Shown: in pieces, positions 11,667 through 23,715 of the stretch
How the letters are laid out: the number at the start of each line of letters is the position of its first letter
Numbering within the stretch: position 1 is the stretch's first letter
Assembly (NCBI RefSeq): GCF_001194135.2
Contig: NC_069001.1
Span: 16,358,831 to 16,422,830, forward strand
Length of the DNA: 64,000 nucleotides
Direction: 5' to 3'
Source of the DNA: Octopus bimaculoides
Lineage: Eukaryota
Notes under the pieces: model-generated
Database searches by the model: none
Told to the model about the DNA's origin: nothing
The model's input: only the letters and a program-made list of their open reading frames with translations
Program-made: the position numbers and the translations under genes

Positions 11667-12485
11667 NNNNNNNNNNNNNNNNNNNNNNNNNNNNNNNNNN
11701 NNNNNNNNNNNNNNNNNNNNNNNNNNNNNNNNNNNNNNNNNNNNNNNNNNNNNNNNNNNNNNNNNNNNNNNNNNNNNNNNNNNNNNNNNNNNNNNNNNNN
11801 NNNNNNNNNNNNNNNNNNNNNNNNNNNNNNNNNNNNNNNNNNNNNNNNNNNNNNNNNNNNNNNNNNNNNNNNNNNNNNNNNNNNNNNNNNNNNNNNNNNN
11901 NNNNNNNNNNNNNNNNNNNNNNNNNNNNNNNNNNNNNNNNNNNNNNNNNNNNNNNNNNNNNNNNNNNNNNNNNNNNNNNNNNNNNNNNNNNNNNNNNNNN
12001 NNNNNNNNNNNNNNNNNNNNNNNNNNNNNNNNNNNNNNNNNNNNNNNNNNNNNNNNNNNNNNNNNNNNNNNNNNNNNNNNNNNNNNNNNNNNNNNNNNNN
12101 NNNNNNNNNNNNNNNNNNNNNNNNNNNNNNNNNNNNNNNNNNNNNNNNNNNNNNNNNNNNNNNNNNNNNNNNNNNNNNNNNNNNNNNNNNNNNNNNNNNN
12201 NNNNNNNNNNNNNNNNNNNNNNNNNNNNNNNNNNNNNNNNNNNNNNNNNNNNNNNNNNNNNNNNNNNNNNNNNNNNNNNNNNNNNNNNNNNNNNNNNNNN
12301 NNNNNNNNNNNNNNNNNNNNNNNNNNNNNNNNNNNNNNNNNNNNNNNNNNNNNNNNNNNNTTTCATTTGTTTAATTTTAATTGTTTTTTTGTTTACACGC
12401 TTTTAAAACCAGTTGTATCGTCCTGTTATGACCTTCTATGTTACTTTATGTAAGCCCTCATAGCCAGTAAAAGAATTTATTATTA

Positions 12486-12520
<35 letters not shown>

Positions 12521-13019
12521 AAAGGCGGGAAAATCAATAGAGTGTTGGACGAAATGCCTTGTGGTATTTGCCCTGGCCTTTTGGATTCTGAGTTTAAATC
12601 CTGACGAAGTCAACTTTGCTTTTCCCCCTCCCGAGATCAATGAAATAAAGTACAAGTGACGTACTGGGGTTGATGGTATCGGCTAACCAAACTCCCCTTT
12701 CAAAATTGTTGGCCCTCTGCCTAAATCAGAAACTATTATTACGATGTCTCTTAAGGGTGATAAATTAGCAGAATCATTAGAGAGTTGTAAAAATGCCTCA
12801 CGATAATTATTCCTGCTCTTTACAATCTGAGTTCAAATCTCGCCAAAGACAACTTTGCGTTTCATTGTTTTGAGGGTCAATAAAATAAAGTAACAGTCTA
12901 ATACTGAGGTTGATGGTTTCGATTAGTTCCATCCCTTCAAAACTGCTAGCCTTGAACCTAAAACGGTAACAATTATTATGAAGTCTTACCGATCAAATAA
13001 TCCAAGGGCAAATTGTTTT

Positions 13020-13310
13020 AATTCATCCATCCATCTTCTCGCCCGCTGTTCCTGGAAGTGTCATGCAGGTAGAGTTCTCAAGGATCTCCTCCATAGAGTG
13101 CTATCAGAAGCAACTGTCATTACATTTTCTGGCCGGATTCTCAAGCGGAACCAACTGAGACTATGGATACCAACCAACTATCTTGTTCTTGATCCTAGGT
13201 CTCCTTTAGTTCAGGTCATTTGAAGAATCTGTCCTGTGATTCTTTCCTGCGACATTCTAATTATACATCCGTGGTCACGGAGATGTGACTTCTGATGCGG
13301 AGAAGTAGCG
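13020..13310 (-). mobile_element. LINE 3' ORF remnant; second copy at 53925-54180
   Basis: Two dispersed copies share CTATCAGAAGCAA-TGTCATTA...ACCAACTGAGACTATGGATA. Minus-strand reading IHSLSWFRLRIRPENVMTVASDRTLWRR resembles an RTE-like C-terminus. Confidence 0.5.
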
Positions 13311-13370
13311 GCTCGACCGGGAGTGGTTTCCTAACCCCTTTTGTTTACATATAATTAAAATGTATAGAGA

Positions 13371-13527
13371 CGCAGGCTGGTTGTGTGGTGAGAAGGTTGC
13401 TTCACAACCTATGGTTCTGGGTTCAATCCCACTACATGTTATTCAGGTCAAGTGTCTTCTACTAAAACCTCGGGCTGACCAAAGCCTTGTGAGTAGATTT
13501 GGTAGAGGGAAACTGAAAGAAGCCTGT

Positions 13528-13575
<48 letters not shown>

Positions 13576-13766
13576 CGTGCGTGTGTCTCCTACCACCGCT
13601 TGACAACCGGTTTTGGTGTGTTTATGTCCTCGTAACTTAGCGGTTCGGCAAAAGCTCGCAATAGAATCAGTACAAGGCATAACAAATAAGTCCTAGAGGC
13701 GATTTGTTCGACTAAAACCCTTCAAGACGTCATGGCCACCGTCAAATTGATTGAAACAAATAAAAG
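13371..13766 (+). mobile_element. SINE family A (tRNA-like head, central CA/TA microsatellite); other copies at ~869-1122(-), 4362-4641(-), 18781-19110(+), 38470-38930(+), 54295-54710(-)
   Basis: Shared GGTTC(T/C)GGGTTCA-TCCCACT head, AAAGCCTTGTGAGT-GATTTGGTAGA-GGAAACTGAAAGAAGCC body and CAGTCAAATGACTGAAACAAGTAAAAG tail. Confidence 0.85.
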
Positions 13767-13820
13767 NNNNNNNNNNNNNNNNNNNNNNNNNNNNNNNNNN
13801 NNNNNNNNNNNNNNNNNNNN

Positions 13821-14162
13821 GGCGCATAGCTCAGTGGTTAGATCGTCGGGCTCACAATCAAAAAGGTAATGAGTTCGATTCCCGAACCGGGATGTGTGTT
13901 GTGTCCTCGAGCAAGACACTTTATTTCACGTTGCTCCAGTTCGTTATGCTGTAGAAATGAGTTGTGACGTCACTGGTGCCAAGCTGTATCGGCCTTTGCC
14001 TTTCCCTTGGATAAGACTGGTGGCGTGGAGAGGGAAGGTCGGTATGCATAGGCGACTGCTGGTCTTCCATAAACAACCTTGCCCAGACTTGTGCCTCGGA
14101 GAGTAACTTTCTAGGTGCAATCCCAAGGTCATTCATAATCGAAGAGGTCCTGTTGTTGTTAT

Positions 14163-14195
<33 letters not shown>
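13821..14195 (+). mobile_element. tRNA-derived SINE with intact A and B boxes; reverse fragment at ~32690-32830
   Basis: A box TAGCTCAGTGG (13827-13837), B box GTTCGATTCC (13873-13882), body TGTCCTCGAGCAAGACACTTTATTTCAC, (GAT)n tail. Confidence 0.85.
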
Positions 14196-14199
<4 letters not shown>

Positions 14200-14939
14200 A
14201 ACGACGACGACGACGACGACGGCGGCGGTGGTGGTGGTGGTGGTGGTGGTGGTGTCGTTGTTGCCTCTCTTCAACTCGGCAACGATTGAGCATACCTTCT
14301 TATCAAAGGAATTCCAGCTGTGACCATCACGACTCTCATTATCCAGTGTAGTTCCCCCTCTTTTAATCATTTGCCAGTCCCGTGCATCGTAAGTGATGCA
14401 CAGGACATGTTTCCCTGGAATACATTGCACCATGACTGAAATACATTCCCACTTTTATTTTTCAATAACGAGAGTAACTCGGGACTTATTGAAAGGAAAG
14501 CTTTGCGCAAACTCAGAACGTACGAAACATGGACTAACTAAATATCTGAAAACAAGAATAGACGTTTAGGACAAACTTGTTGAAAATGCTTTGGACATCC
14601 AATCACTTATATGTCCCACTTTATTGGCAGAATAAATAAATGTTTTAAAACACTTGATACTATCTACCAACAATATTTTTCAACCAATTGCGATTGAAGT
14701 CATTGGTGTTTGCTGCCGCCCTTTAATAATATCGTTTCTGGCTTTTAAAGACAGAAAGCACATTGCTTTGTAGAAGAACTTCACTCGCTATTGTACGAGA
14801 CAACGCTGCCAGCTTAATCTGTTTTCGAGAAGAAATGATTTCCCGTGTATTAGAATGTACATATGTTTTACATAATCTTACAATATGTAGCTACTAACGA
14901 GATGTGAGACATCCTAAGTAAACTAAGACTCTAATAATG

Positions 14940-15330
14940 TATTATTATTTCACATCAGAAACAGACGCAGAGAACGTAAAGTGTGACAACCGATGGAGAC
15001 TTTGTGGAGTTCACACTGAAGATATCAGCCACATCATAAGTAAGTGTCCGAAAATGTCATCACAGTATTGTCTACCGACGACACATAACGTTGTAGCTAG
15101 GACACTCTATAATGAAATCCATCGGAAGGATAATCCCGAGGACAAAGAAATAAGAACCCACAATATGGTAGAAGCCTTAGCCACTCATAATAAAAAGGAA
15201 TACTGGCTGAATGTACCAGTGAAGACCTCAATAAAATGTAAGCACAGCAGACCTAATATAATGATTTGGGTTAGAGAAGAGAAACTGTGAACAGTTGTGG
15301 AAATTAGCTGCCCAGCGGATGTTACAGCCA
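14940..15330 (+). mobile_element. RLE-type LINE C-terminal fragment
   Basis: ORF RLCGVHTEDISHIISKCPKMS (CCHC knuckle) ... YWLNVPVKTSIKCKHSRPNIMIW..TVVEISCPAD (decayed RLE nuclease). Confidence 0.75.
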
Positions 15331-15859
15331 AACGGCTGGGTGGATTTGTGTGAAAAATGGCACACATGTGGAGACGGGTACATAGATTGGAATGCGGTTT
15401 GTATTTTTTTCCCTAGCCCCCATACTTATCGAGAAAATCGATTAAAACTTTTTCTAATGGAATTCCCCTGTTTCTTCTGTCATTAAAACAACCAGTTGCT
15501 CACACAGCTGGCATATACCATTTCGTTAGCAACAAGGAGAGTACAGGATGACAGTCAGCCAAAACTTTCGCTCTGCTGTCTCTCTTCTTTCACCTCTTTG
15601 TCGGGTTAATAATCTTAATCTTTAGTTACAGTTTCTCATTGAAACTACATAATAGGCAGAATTGTCGGATTAAGACAGTAGGGTGTTTTGAGGGAGATTT
15701 GGCTGCTATTTCTACCAGGTCTAGCTACTATGGAGAGGTCTGAACTTAATTTTTATTCAATATTTGCATTTCAAAAATTTAACATAATCTTTTCCATAAA
15801 TCAACTATTGTAAACACATACATACACGCAAGCACGCACGCTCGCACACACAGACACAG

Positions 15860-16248
15860 ACACACACACACACACGTCCATTTCATATATCTTCTTTCAA
15901 TTTCTACTCTCTGCAAATAAATTTTTTACGGATACAACTGCTTACAAAAATAGGGATTAATGTATAATTTCTTTCTATGTTCATAATTAAACCAATGTTT
16001 TAATGATTAGACAGAGGTCCAATAGAATAGCTCTCAGAAACAGACTACGTACAAATTCGTTCTTCACAACTCCTGAAGCTGTTTTCTGACAGGGGAAGAG
16101 GTGTTAGGAAATTTTCATACAGCTGGAGGCTCCAATCGAAACAGGGGACCCTAAATGATAAGGTTGAGAAACGATGATTATACCTAACCGAAAACGATCA
16201 CAGCCACATTATTCAAACAGACCGGGTGAAACCGGGCTTAGCTGCTAG
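15860..16248 (+). mobile_element. Helitron-like 3' terminus
   Basis: GC-rich hairpin CCGGGTGAAACCGGG (16222-16236), then CTAG (16245-16248) and T. The 5' boundary is unknown. Confidence 0.55.
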
Positions 16249-17235
16249 TATTATATAAACAAGAGTGCATTTTGCACCCATAGGCCAATAAGAGAGTTTC
16301 TCTCATGGTAAACACTGCAGTAAAGGTTGTTGTAATAGAACATCTACGTTTAAGTGGGGATAAATATTACCTCTCGGTATTAATATTGCTTTTATCGCTA
16401 GTAGACATTTTTTTTTAATACGCTAACTAATCGCCATACCAGCGCCTGTCCTGGACTGTCAATCTATATATCGCTGGCGGGGAGATGAATCTCTTCTGTT
16501 TCTAGCGGTCGAGTGTCCATCATTGACGAAACAGGATCACAATCATGTTGTCTGTAGTCACGGAACCAGAGGTAGAGGAAATTTATCTCCCCACCAGCGA
16601 TATAAACGAGAGTGCATTTTATACCAAAAAGCCAGTACGAGAGTTTCGCTCATGGTAACTATATCAGCAAAGTTTGTACTAATAAAACATCCACGTTTAA
16701 GGGGAGACAAGTTTTACCTCCTTGCAACAGGGTATAACACTGCATTATGTCCCTTTATTTGTGTGTTTCTGTGTGCGTGTGTGTCTGAGGAATTTTGAGG
16801 TGTAAATAAAAGTGACCACACGTAAAATCTGCATGCTTGAATTATCATTGAAAATCAACAATATGATATGGCGGCAGCTCGCAGTACAATGATATTTCAG
16901 TTACACTAAAAAAATAAAGTGAATGAAAGCCAGTCATAAAGAGATAACGGTAATTTTTTTTTTTTTTTTTTTGCCTTCTCTGAAAAATATCTGCGAGTTT
17001 GACTCGACCGACGTGCTATAAAACTGGTGGCGTCGACAATTCCGTTACTAATTTTAGCTAATGTTTACATCTTGATCCAGAAATGAAAATAAAAAAAAAT
17101 TTAAATACTGGAATGTGTGTAAAACAATGTGTAGGAAATGAATATGAAAAAAGGAGTGCGCATAAAGCAACGGGAGGGTGGGGAGAGGACTTAGGAAAAT
17201 TCACANNNNNNNNNNGAAAAAAGGAGTGCGCATAA

Positions 17236-17590
17236 AGCAACGGGAGGGTGGGGAGAGGACTTAGGAAAATTCACAAAATTTGAGTTTTTCTCTCATAACT
17301 TTTAGGAAAAGGGGGGTTTTTTTCAATGAAATTTTATAGAAATACGTTTTAAACGGCATACATTACGATTATAAAGAAATTTGTGGGGAAGATCTTTTCC
17401 AAGGGGTGGGGAGAGGACTTCGGAAAATTCACAAAATTCGACTTTTTCCCTCATAACTTTTAGGAAAATGGGTTTTTTTCAATGAAATTTTATATAAATA
17501 ACTTTGAAGTGGCATGCATTACGACTATAAAGAAATTTGTGGAGAAAATCTTGAGGTGGGGAGAGGACTTTCGGAAAATTCCCAAGATCC
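17236..17590 (+). repeat. ~150-160-bp tandem repeat, about 2.3 copies
   Basis: GGTGGGGAGAGGACTT-GGAAAATTC recurs at ~17247, 17405 and 17555 with shared downstream sequence. Confidence 0.8.
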
Positions 17591-17603
17591 AAATTTTTCC
17601 TTG

Positions 17604-18480
17604 TTATATATCGAAATCACATTCATCCCATGTTTTCCTGGGTCTCCCTCTTCTACAGGTACCACTCACTTCCAGTAACCAGCACTTCTTTATACAACTG
17701 TCTTCATTCATACGCATCACATGTTCAAACCAATGTAGTCTCCTCTCTTGCATGCTGCATTTGATTTCTCTTATGCCCAATTTTTCTCGCAACACATTTG
17801 CACTTTGATGTTCATGCACATTGATGCTACACATCCAGCAGAGTATACTGCCTTCATGCCCTCTACATTCAGAGCTCATGTTTCATTACTGCGAAGTATA
17901 GCCATTCGTACACAGGCATCATATAGTCTACCTCTCACTTTGAGAAAGAGTCTGTTTGTTGCCAACAGAGGTAGTAGTTCTCTGAACTTCCTCCCTTCTA
18001 TCCTTATTCTAGAGACAATACTTTCAGAGCATCCACCACCATTACTAATTTGGTCACCTTAGTAGCAGAAACTATTTACAACCTCAAGAGAGCCTCCTGG
18101 GTATTTGAGATAGTCTCAATCCCTCATGTTCTTAGTGCTTATTGTTCCTGTACATCTGCTACACATGGAAGCAACCTCATCTGTTAACCTACCTGCACTT
18201 CCAATGCATCTCTTATGCGTCCATAGCTTACACTGGGTGCAGCAAAATGGAATTTCTTCCCACTCCTTTCCTACATATTGAACAGGGCCATTTGCCTGGC
18301 AGAAAGAGTCTTATCTACTTTCTTGCTAACAACAACTTTGGTCTTAGCTAGGTTAACTTTAAGGCCCTTGGATTCCAGGTTTTGCTTCCATACCTGGAAT
18401 TTCTTCTTCAATTCTTCTAAAGATTCTACAATAACAGCAAGGTCATTAGTGTAAACAAATAATAAGTGGATGGCCAGAGA
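17604..18480 (-). mobile_element. RTE-clade LINE ORF 3' fragment
   Basis: YTNDLAVIVESLEELKKKFQVWKQNLESKGLKVNLAKTKV and LREKLGIREIKCSMQERRLHWFEHVMRMNEDSCIKKC..RGRPRKTWDE. Confidence 0.85.
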
Positions 18481-18735
18481 CTGTGAAAGATGTGGTGAAA
18501 AGAATAAAAAATTACTGGTCATTGAAAGAATGCCAGTCAGTACAGGATGTCTTAGTAACAAAAGATGGGTGCATGGTCATTCCAAAAAAAACAAGCAGAA
18601 CACTATTCTTCAGAGAATCCATGTTGCACATCGAGGAATTGAAAAGTATCAATTCAAAGCAAGGAATGTTGTTTATTGGAAAGGCATAAACAAAATTGAA
18701 AAACTGGTATAATCGTGTGAAATATGCAATTAGAA
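18481..18735 (+). mobile_element. Gypsy integrase zinc-binding (HHCC) remnant
   Basis: YWSL..SVQDVLVTKDGCMVIP, then after a frameshift ILQRIHVAHRGIEKYQFKARNVVYWKGINKIEKLV*SCEIC. Confidence 0.75.
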
Positions 18736-19600
18736 CATTATTATTATAAAAATATTAGAGAATATAATTTACAAAAGTAAACAGGTGTGGCTGTTTTGTA
18801 AGAAGCTTGGTTCCGGGTTCAGTCCGACTGCTTGGCACCTTTGGCATGTGTCTTCTACCATAGCTTCAGGCCGACCAGAGCCTTGTGAATGGATTTGGTA
18901 GACGGAAACTGAAGGCAGTCCATCGTATATATTTGTATATATGTGTGGGTATGTGTTTGTGTCTGTGTGTTTGTACCCCCATCACCGCTTGACAACTGGT
19001 GTTGGTGTGTTTATGTCCTCGTAACTTAGCAGTTCGGGGAGAAAAAAACACCGACAGAAAAAGTACTAGGCTTTCAAAAAAGTCCTGAATGACTAAAACA
19101 AATAAAAAAATAAAAGTTTATGTTTTTTCTTTGGATAAAGGGAATGTAACAGGATATAACATTGCATTATGTCCCTTTGATCACATAACACTGCATTATG
19201 TCCCTTTAATCACATATATATTGTAGATTTCAGGTGTAAATAAAAATAATCAAATGTAAAATCTGTCTGCTTGAAAAATCAATATTATGACAATCGTAGA
19301 CAATGCAAAGTCTAGATCACGTGAGCTCGTAGTCTCAGCGCTGAAGGTAGTGGTGATTTGTCTCCCTGCTAGCGATATAAACAAGAATACATTTTGCACC
19401 AAAAAGCCAATCCGAGAGCCTCTCTCATGGTATCTATGAAGTTTGAGGGTACATAAATATTACCTCTCGGTATTAATATTGCTTCTACTGCTAATATATA
19501 TTGGTTTAAGGAGCCAGCTGGTTAATCGCGACATCAGCGCCTGTCCTGGCACGGTCAATCTATATATCGCTGGCGGGGAGATGAATCGGATGCTACTATA

Positions 19601-20032
19601 GTATGATATCTACCTTGCTATTTGCGACCTACCGTAAATGACAATGCACTCTACTAAACAACCCATTCTATATCAGGAACTCAAATACAAGCTATTGGGC
19701 GATTGTGGCTTGATGCCAAGATTGAAGTACTCAAGAAAAAAAAAAAGGTGTACCTACTCAACACTTTAAATTACATTTGGATCATTATTGTTGGAAAATG
19801 CTCAGGAAAAACGATGATCTGTTCACTGCTTTTTTAAATGATATCAGATCAGTTTACAAACATTAAAATCAATATTTGATGATTTTTTTTTTTATTTTGT
19901 ATAATAAAGTGTTAATGATTTAAAATAAATTTTACACTACAAACTGTTTATTATGCTCCTTTCCTTTCGTAGAATAAATGTTTAATGATTTCCAGCATAT
20001 TTCCTACGACCAACAGTTGGTAGATATCATAC
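19601..20032. mobile_element. MITE-like insertion with 14-bp TIRs
   Basis: GTATGATATCTACC (19601-19614) and GGTAGATATCATAC (20019-20032); interrupts one unit of the ~345-bp array; flanks TA / GA. Confidence 0.6.
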
Positions 20033-21339
20033 GAGATATCGTTTATAGTGGCACTGAATTTCGTTATTTGTAGTCTCAGCATGGGATATAGCAGAGATTT
20101 ATCTCCCCACAAGCGATATAAACAAGAGTGAATTTTGCATCAGAAAGCCAATCCAAGAGATTATCCCATGATAACTTCTGCAGTAAAAATCGGTCTAATA
20201 CAACATCCACGTATATGTGCAGATAATTATTATGCCTTAGCATTAATACTGCCTATATCATTAATACATATTTTTTTAACAATCTAATTGGCTAATCGCG
20301 ACACCAGTGGCTGTATTGGCACTGTCAATCTAAATATTGCTGGTGAGGAGATGAGATGCTGCTATCTCTAGCAGTCCAGCATCCCGTCATTGATAAGACC
20401 AAGGAAGGTCAAAATCACGTTCTGGTGGTCTGGGTACTGCAGGTAGTGGGGAGTTATCTCTACACTAGACATATAAACAAGAGTGCATTTTACACCAAAA
20501 ACCCAATACAAGAATTTCCCTCATAACTACCACATTCATGTTTAAGTGGGGTTAAATATTACCTCTCAGTATTAATACTGCCTCTCTTGCTAATATAGAT
20601 CTCTTAACAAACTAACTGGTTAATCACAAGACCAGCACCTGTCCTGGCACTGTCAATGTGTATATCTCTGACAGGGAAATGAATCACTGCTGTCTCTATC
20701 AGTCAAGTGTCCAACACTGACAAGACCAAACCAAGTTGAAATCGCATGAGCTGGTGGTCTCAGTGCTGGAGTTAGCAGGGATTTATCTCCCTGCAAGCAA
20801 GAGTGCATTTTGCACCAAAAAGCTAATACGAGTTTTTTCATGGTAAATACTGCAGTAAAGATTATTCTAATGGAACATCTACATTTAAGTGGGGTTAAAT
20901 ATTACCTCTCAGTATAATACTACCTCCATAACTAATATATATTTTTTCAATAAGTTAACTGTGTAATTGCAACAGCAGCTGTCCTGGCACTGTCAATTAA
21001 TACATCACTGACAGGCAGATGAATTGCTGTTGTCTCTGGCAGTTGAGTGGCCATCATTGATGAAACAAGGTCAAAATCATGTAATCTGGTAGTTTCGGTA
21101 CCGGAGGTAGCATCAATTTTTCTCCCCACTATCAATATAAACAAAAATGCATTTTGCACCTAAAAACCAATACGAGAATTTCTTTCATGGTAACTGCCAC
21201 ACTGAAGTTTGTTCTAATAGAACATTCAGACTTAAGGGGAGATAAATATTACCTTTCAATAGATACATATATACATAAAAATATATCTTACAATTGTACA
21301 TGTAACAAGGCATGTGTCACTGAAGAAAATCACAACTGA

Positions 21340-22630
21340 ATAAAGAAAATATGGACGTCAGAACACTCTGCATTCAATAAAACAGTCGCCCACAATGTGT
21401 TTGCAGCACCAGTACTCATACCAATGTAGTGACATCTTATAGAAGATGACTGTTATATGTTTAATGTCCGGAGTTTTATCCACGCATGCGCAGGGACTAG
21501 TTCTGGAAGGAATACAGGAAGAGTCTCATGCGCATGCGTAGAGTTCGACACCCAGCTTTGGCGCCTTTTCTCAGTCTCTTCGTTGACTGATCTCCGTCGA
21601 GCCAAGACGTCCAACAGAGCTCTCTCACATGTCAGCACCAGAGCTTCACAAATAACCACAGAAATCATTCAGAAGGCGTCTCAGTAACTGAGGGCGACGA
21701 GCTACCGAATTCCCTCCAAGCGTGAACTGAATTCCACTGTAAATAAATATTGTTATGTTGTTCAGAATCTGCGTTCCATTGTTTCTTTTAGAAATTTAAT
21801 GTACGGAAGCGGTGTACACCTAATGGTGTATAACCACTTCCCTACACCAACATTTGGGTTTGCTTGATTGGACGTTTGATCAGATTTGAACCATTGATGT
21901 GAAAACCTGAAAGATACTAACCAGCTCACATAACTTCCACATCAACAGCCATGTAGACCGCTTCTACCTGAAATGAAAACAAGGGGGCAGAGGCTTAACA
22001 TCAATCCAGACTGCCTTTGAATGTTATATCATATCCCTTTGGCAACATTTTTTTAACCATCAAGTGTTGAAGTGCATCCCTTGACCAAATTTGTATATAC
22101 GAAGCAGATAACATCATAAGACTTGGAAAGCAGCACTTTGAGCAGCATACCTTGTCTGATAACTTTGAATATATGCCCAAAGAACTGTCCTGGAATAAAT
22201 ATAGAGAATCCCCTTGTTACACAAATATCAGCACAAGGAATACTGGTGGAATATTCCCATCAAAACATCTGTCAAGTGTAAGCATAGCAGGCCGAATATT
22301 GCTGATTGGGACAGACAAGGAAAAGTATGTACTGTCATAGAGGTCAGCTGTCTTGCTGGTGTGAATATCTCATTGAAAATCAAAGAGAAAGGAGATAATT
22401 ATGGACAACTGCTTCAAAACCTCCAGCTTCTATATCCAAAATACAAATTTACATTTATACCAATAATAACTGGTGCACTTGGTTTTGTAAGTAAATGCTG
22501 AACTCTCAGCCTGGATAAGCTTGGGTTTTCAGAAACAGAAATCAACCAACTGACATACATATTACAAATACAATCAGTAAGTAGAACGGTAAAACTATGC
22601 AAGAATTTTTTCAGGTTTAAAATGTGACAA
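21340..22630 (+). mobile_element. RLE-type LINE fragment interrupted by a solo LTR
   Basis: AHNVFAAPVLIP|TFG across the insertion. Further on, YWWNIPIKTSVKCKHSRPNI..CTVIEVSC..NYGQLLQNLQLLYPKYKFTFIPIITGALG, which is related to 14940-15330. Confidence 0.75.
21425..21846 (+). mobile_element. Solo LTR (Gypsy-type), 422 bp
   Basis: Termini TGTAGTGA...CCTACA with 4-bp TSD CCAA (21421-21424 and 21847-21850); AATAAA at 21742. Confidence 0.85.
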
Positions 22631-23661
22631 AGAAAGCACAGTTGTCAAGAGGTGTTGGCACACAAACTCAAACACAAAGACACATACATGCATATATATA
22701 ATCCAATGAAAAGAAGACAAGGAAAATTCTTTAATACAAGTTACAGTTGTTTCCGTGCCATCTCTATTTGCAATGCCAGTTTATGCAAAAATTCTAAATG
22801 AAAAAATCACTTAATATTTGTGGTTTCAGACATTAGAGAGGCACTTCATTAGACTTGCATCAAAGGAGTGTTTTTACATCATGCCTCCTTCAGACTTTCT
22901 TGTTAGGAATATATCAGGAGGAAATTAGAAAGTTAAAAGTGTGGATGTGGGATGAGTAAGTGGGGTGGATGAAATATAGCAGAGAGAGAATCAAAGGGAT
23001 GGATACACATAAGAATAGGAAGGAGGAAGGAGAGGATAACAAGCAGACGAAGACAAAAGTGAAGAGTGGGGGGCGGTCATCAACATGGATAAAGTTGGTA
23101 GGGCTGCATATAGCAAAACAGTTTATCTTGTTGTTTGTTGAAGGTAGGTCAGTCAGTACAAGTGGAATAATTGTTACCAAAATTTATTTGATGGTTGAAA
23201 ATGTATTAGACTACCAAGTGGCATTAGCCAGTGACAACTGCAAGTGAAAAAATTTACTAGATCAATAACTAGACAATTACAAGATTTATATATATATATA
23301 TATATATATATTTGTGTATTTAAATATCTACCAAATATTTTGGTAAAATAAGTATTGTAACTGTTACCAAAGTAGCAAAATTTTCACTAGGAAAGTTGTT
23401 TATACTTTGTTTAAATATAATGACTTTCGTATAGGTGATACAATTTTGGGTGCATATCAATTGAAATAAGAGCCATGACGCAATCCTATATAGTAATAAA
23501 ACTTGTTTATTATCCTATGCGCATTTCGATGCAAGATCCCGACTCTTGTCTGAGATAAGAAATTAGATAAGAAATTAGGGCCTTCCATCTCTTCAGGGCC
23601 AAGTTACATTAATTCAGTTAATGTAACATCATTATACATATATAATTACATTATTATACAT

Positions 23662-23715
<54 letters not shown>

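Larger units (their letters stand above)
16255..21260 (+). repeat. Degenerate ~345-bp tandem array in two blocks (16255-16740 and ~19330-21260), split by insertions
   Basis: Anchor ATAAACAAGAGTGCATTTT recurs at ~16255, 16602, 19377, 20118, 20473, ~20795 and 21137. Confidence 0.85.

Noticed and set aside
12601-12625. Second CTGACGA hammerhead-like start
   Set aside because: No stem II or GAAA follows; it is a variant position within a family B SINE.
13821-13895. tRNA gene (Val-like CAC loop)
   Set aside because: A and B boxes are present, but the acceptor stem does not close and the sequence continues into a SINE body and tail.
17145-17275. Perfect ~60-bp direct repeat around a 10-N gap
   Set aside because: Identical sequence on both sides of a minimal gap is typical of an unmerged contig overlap, not a real duplication.
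16255-21260. CRISPR-like or spliced-leader RNA array
   Set aside because: Eukaryotic context with no cas genes; units are ~345-bp homologous along their whole length, with no unique spacers. The Sm-like ATTTTG lies upstream of the GT rather than downstream as in SL RNA.
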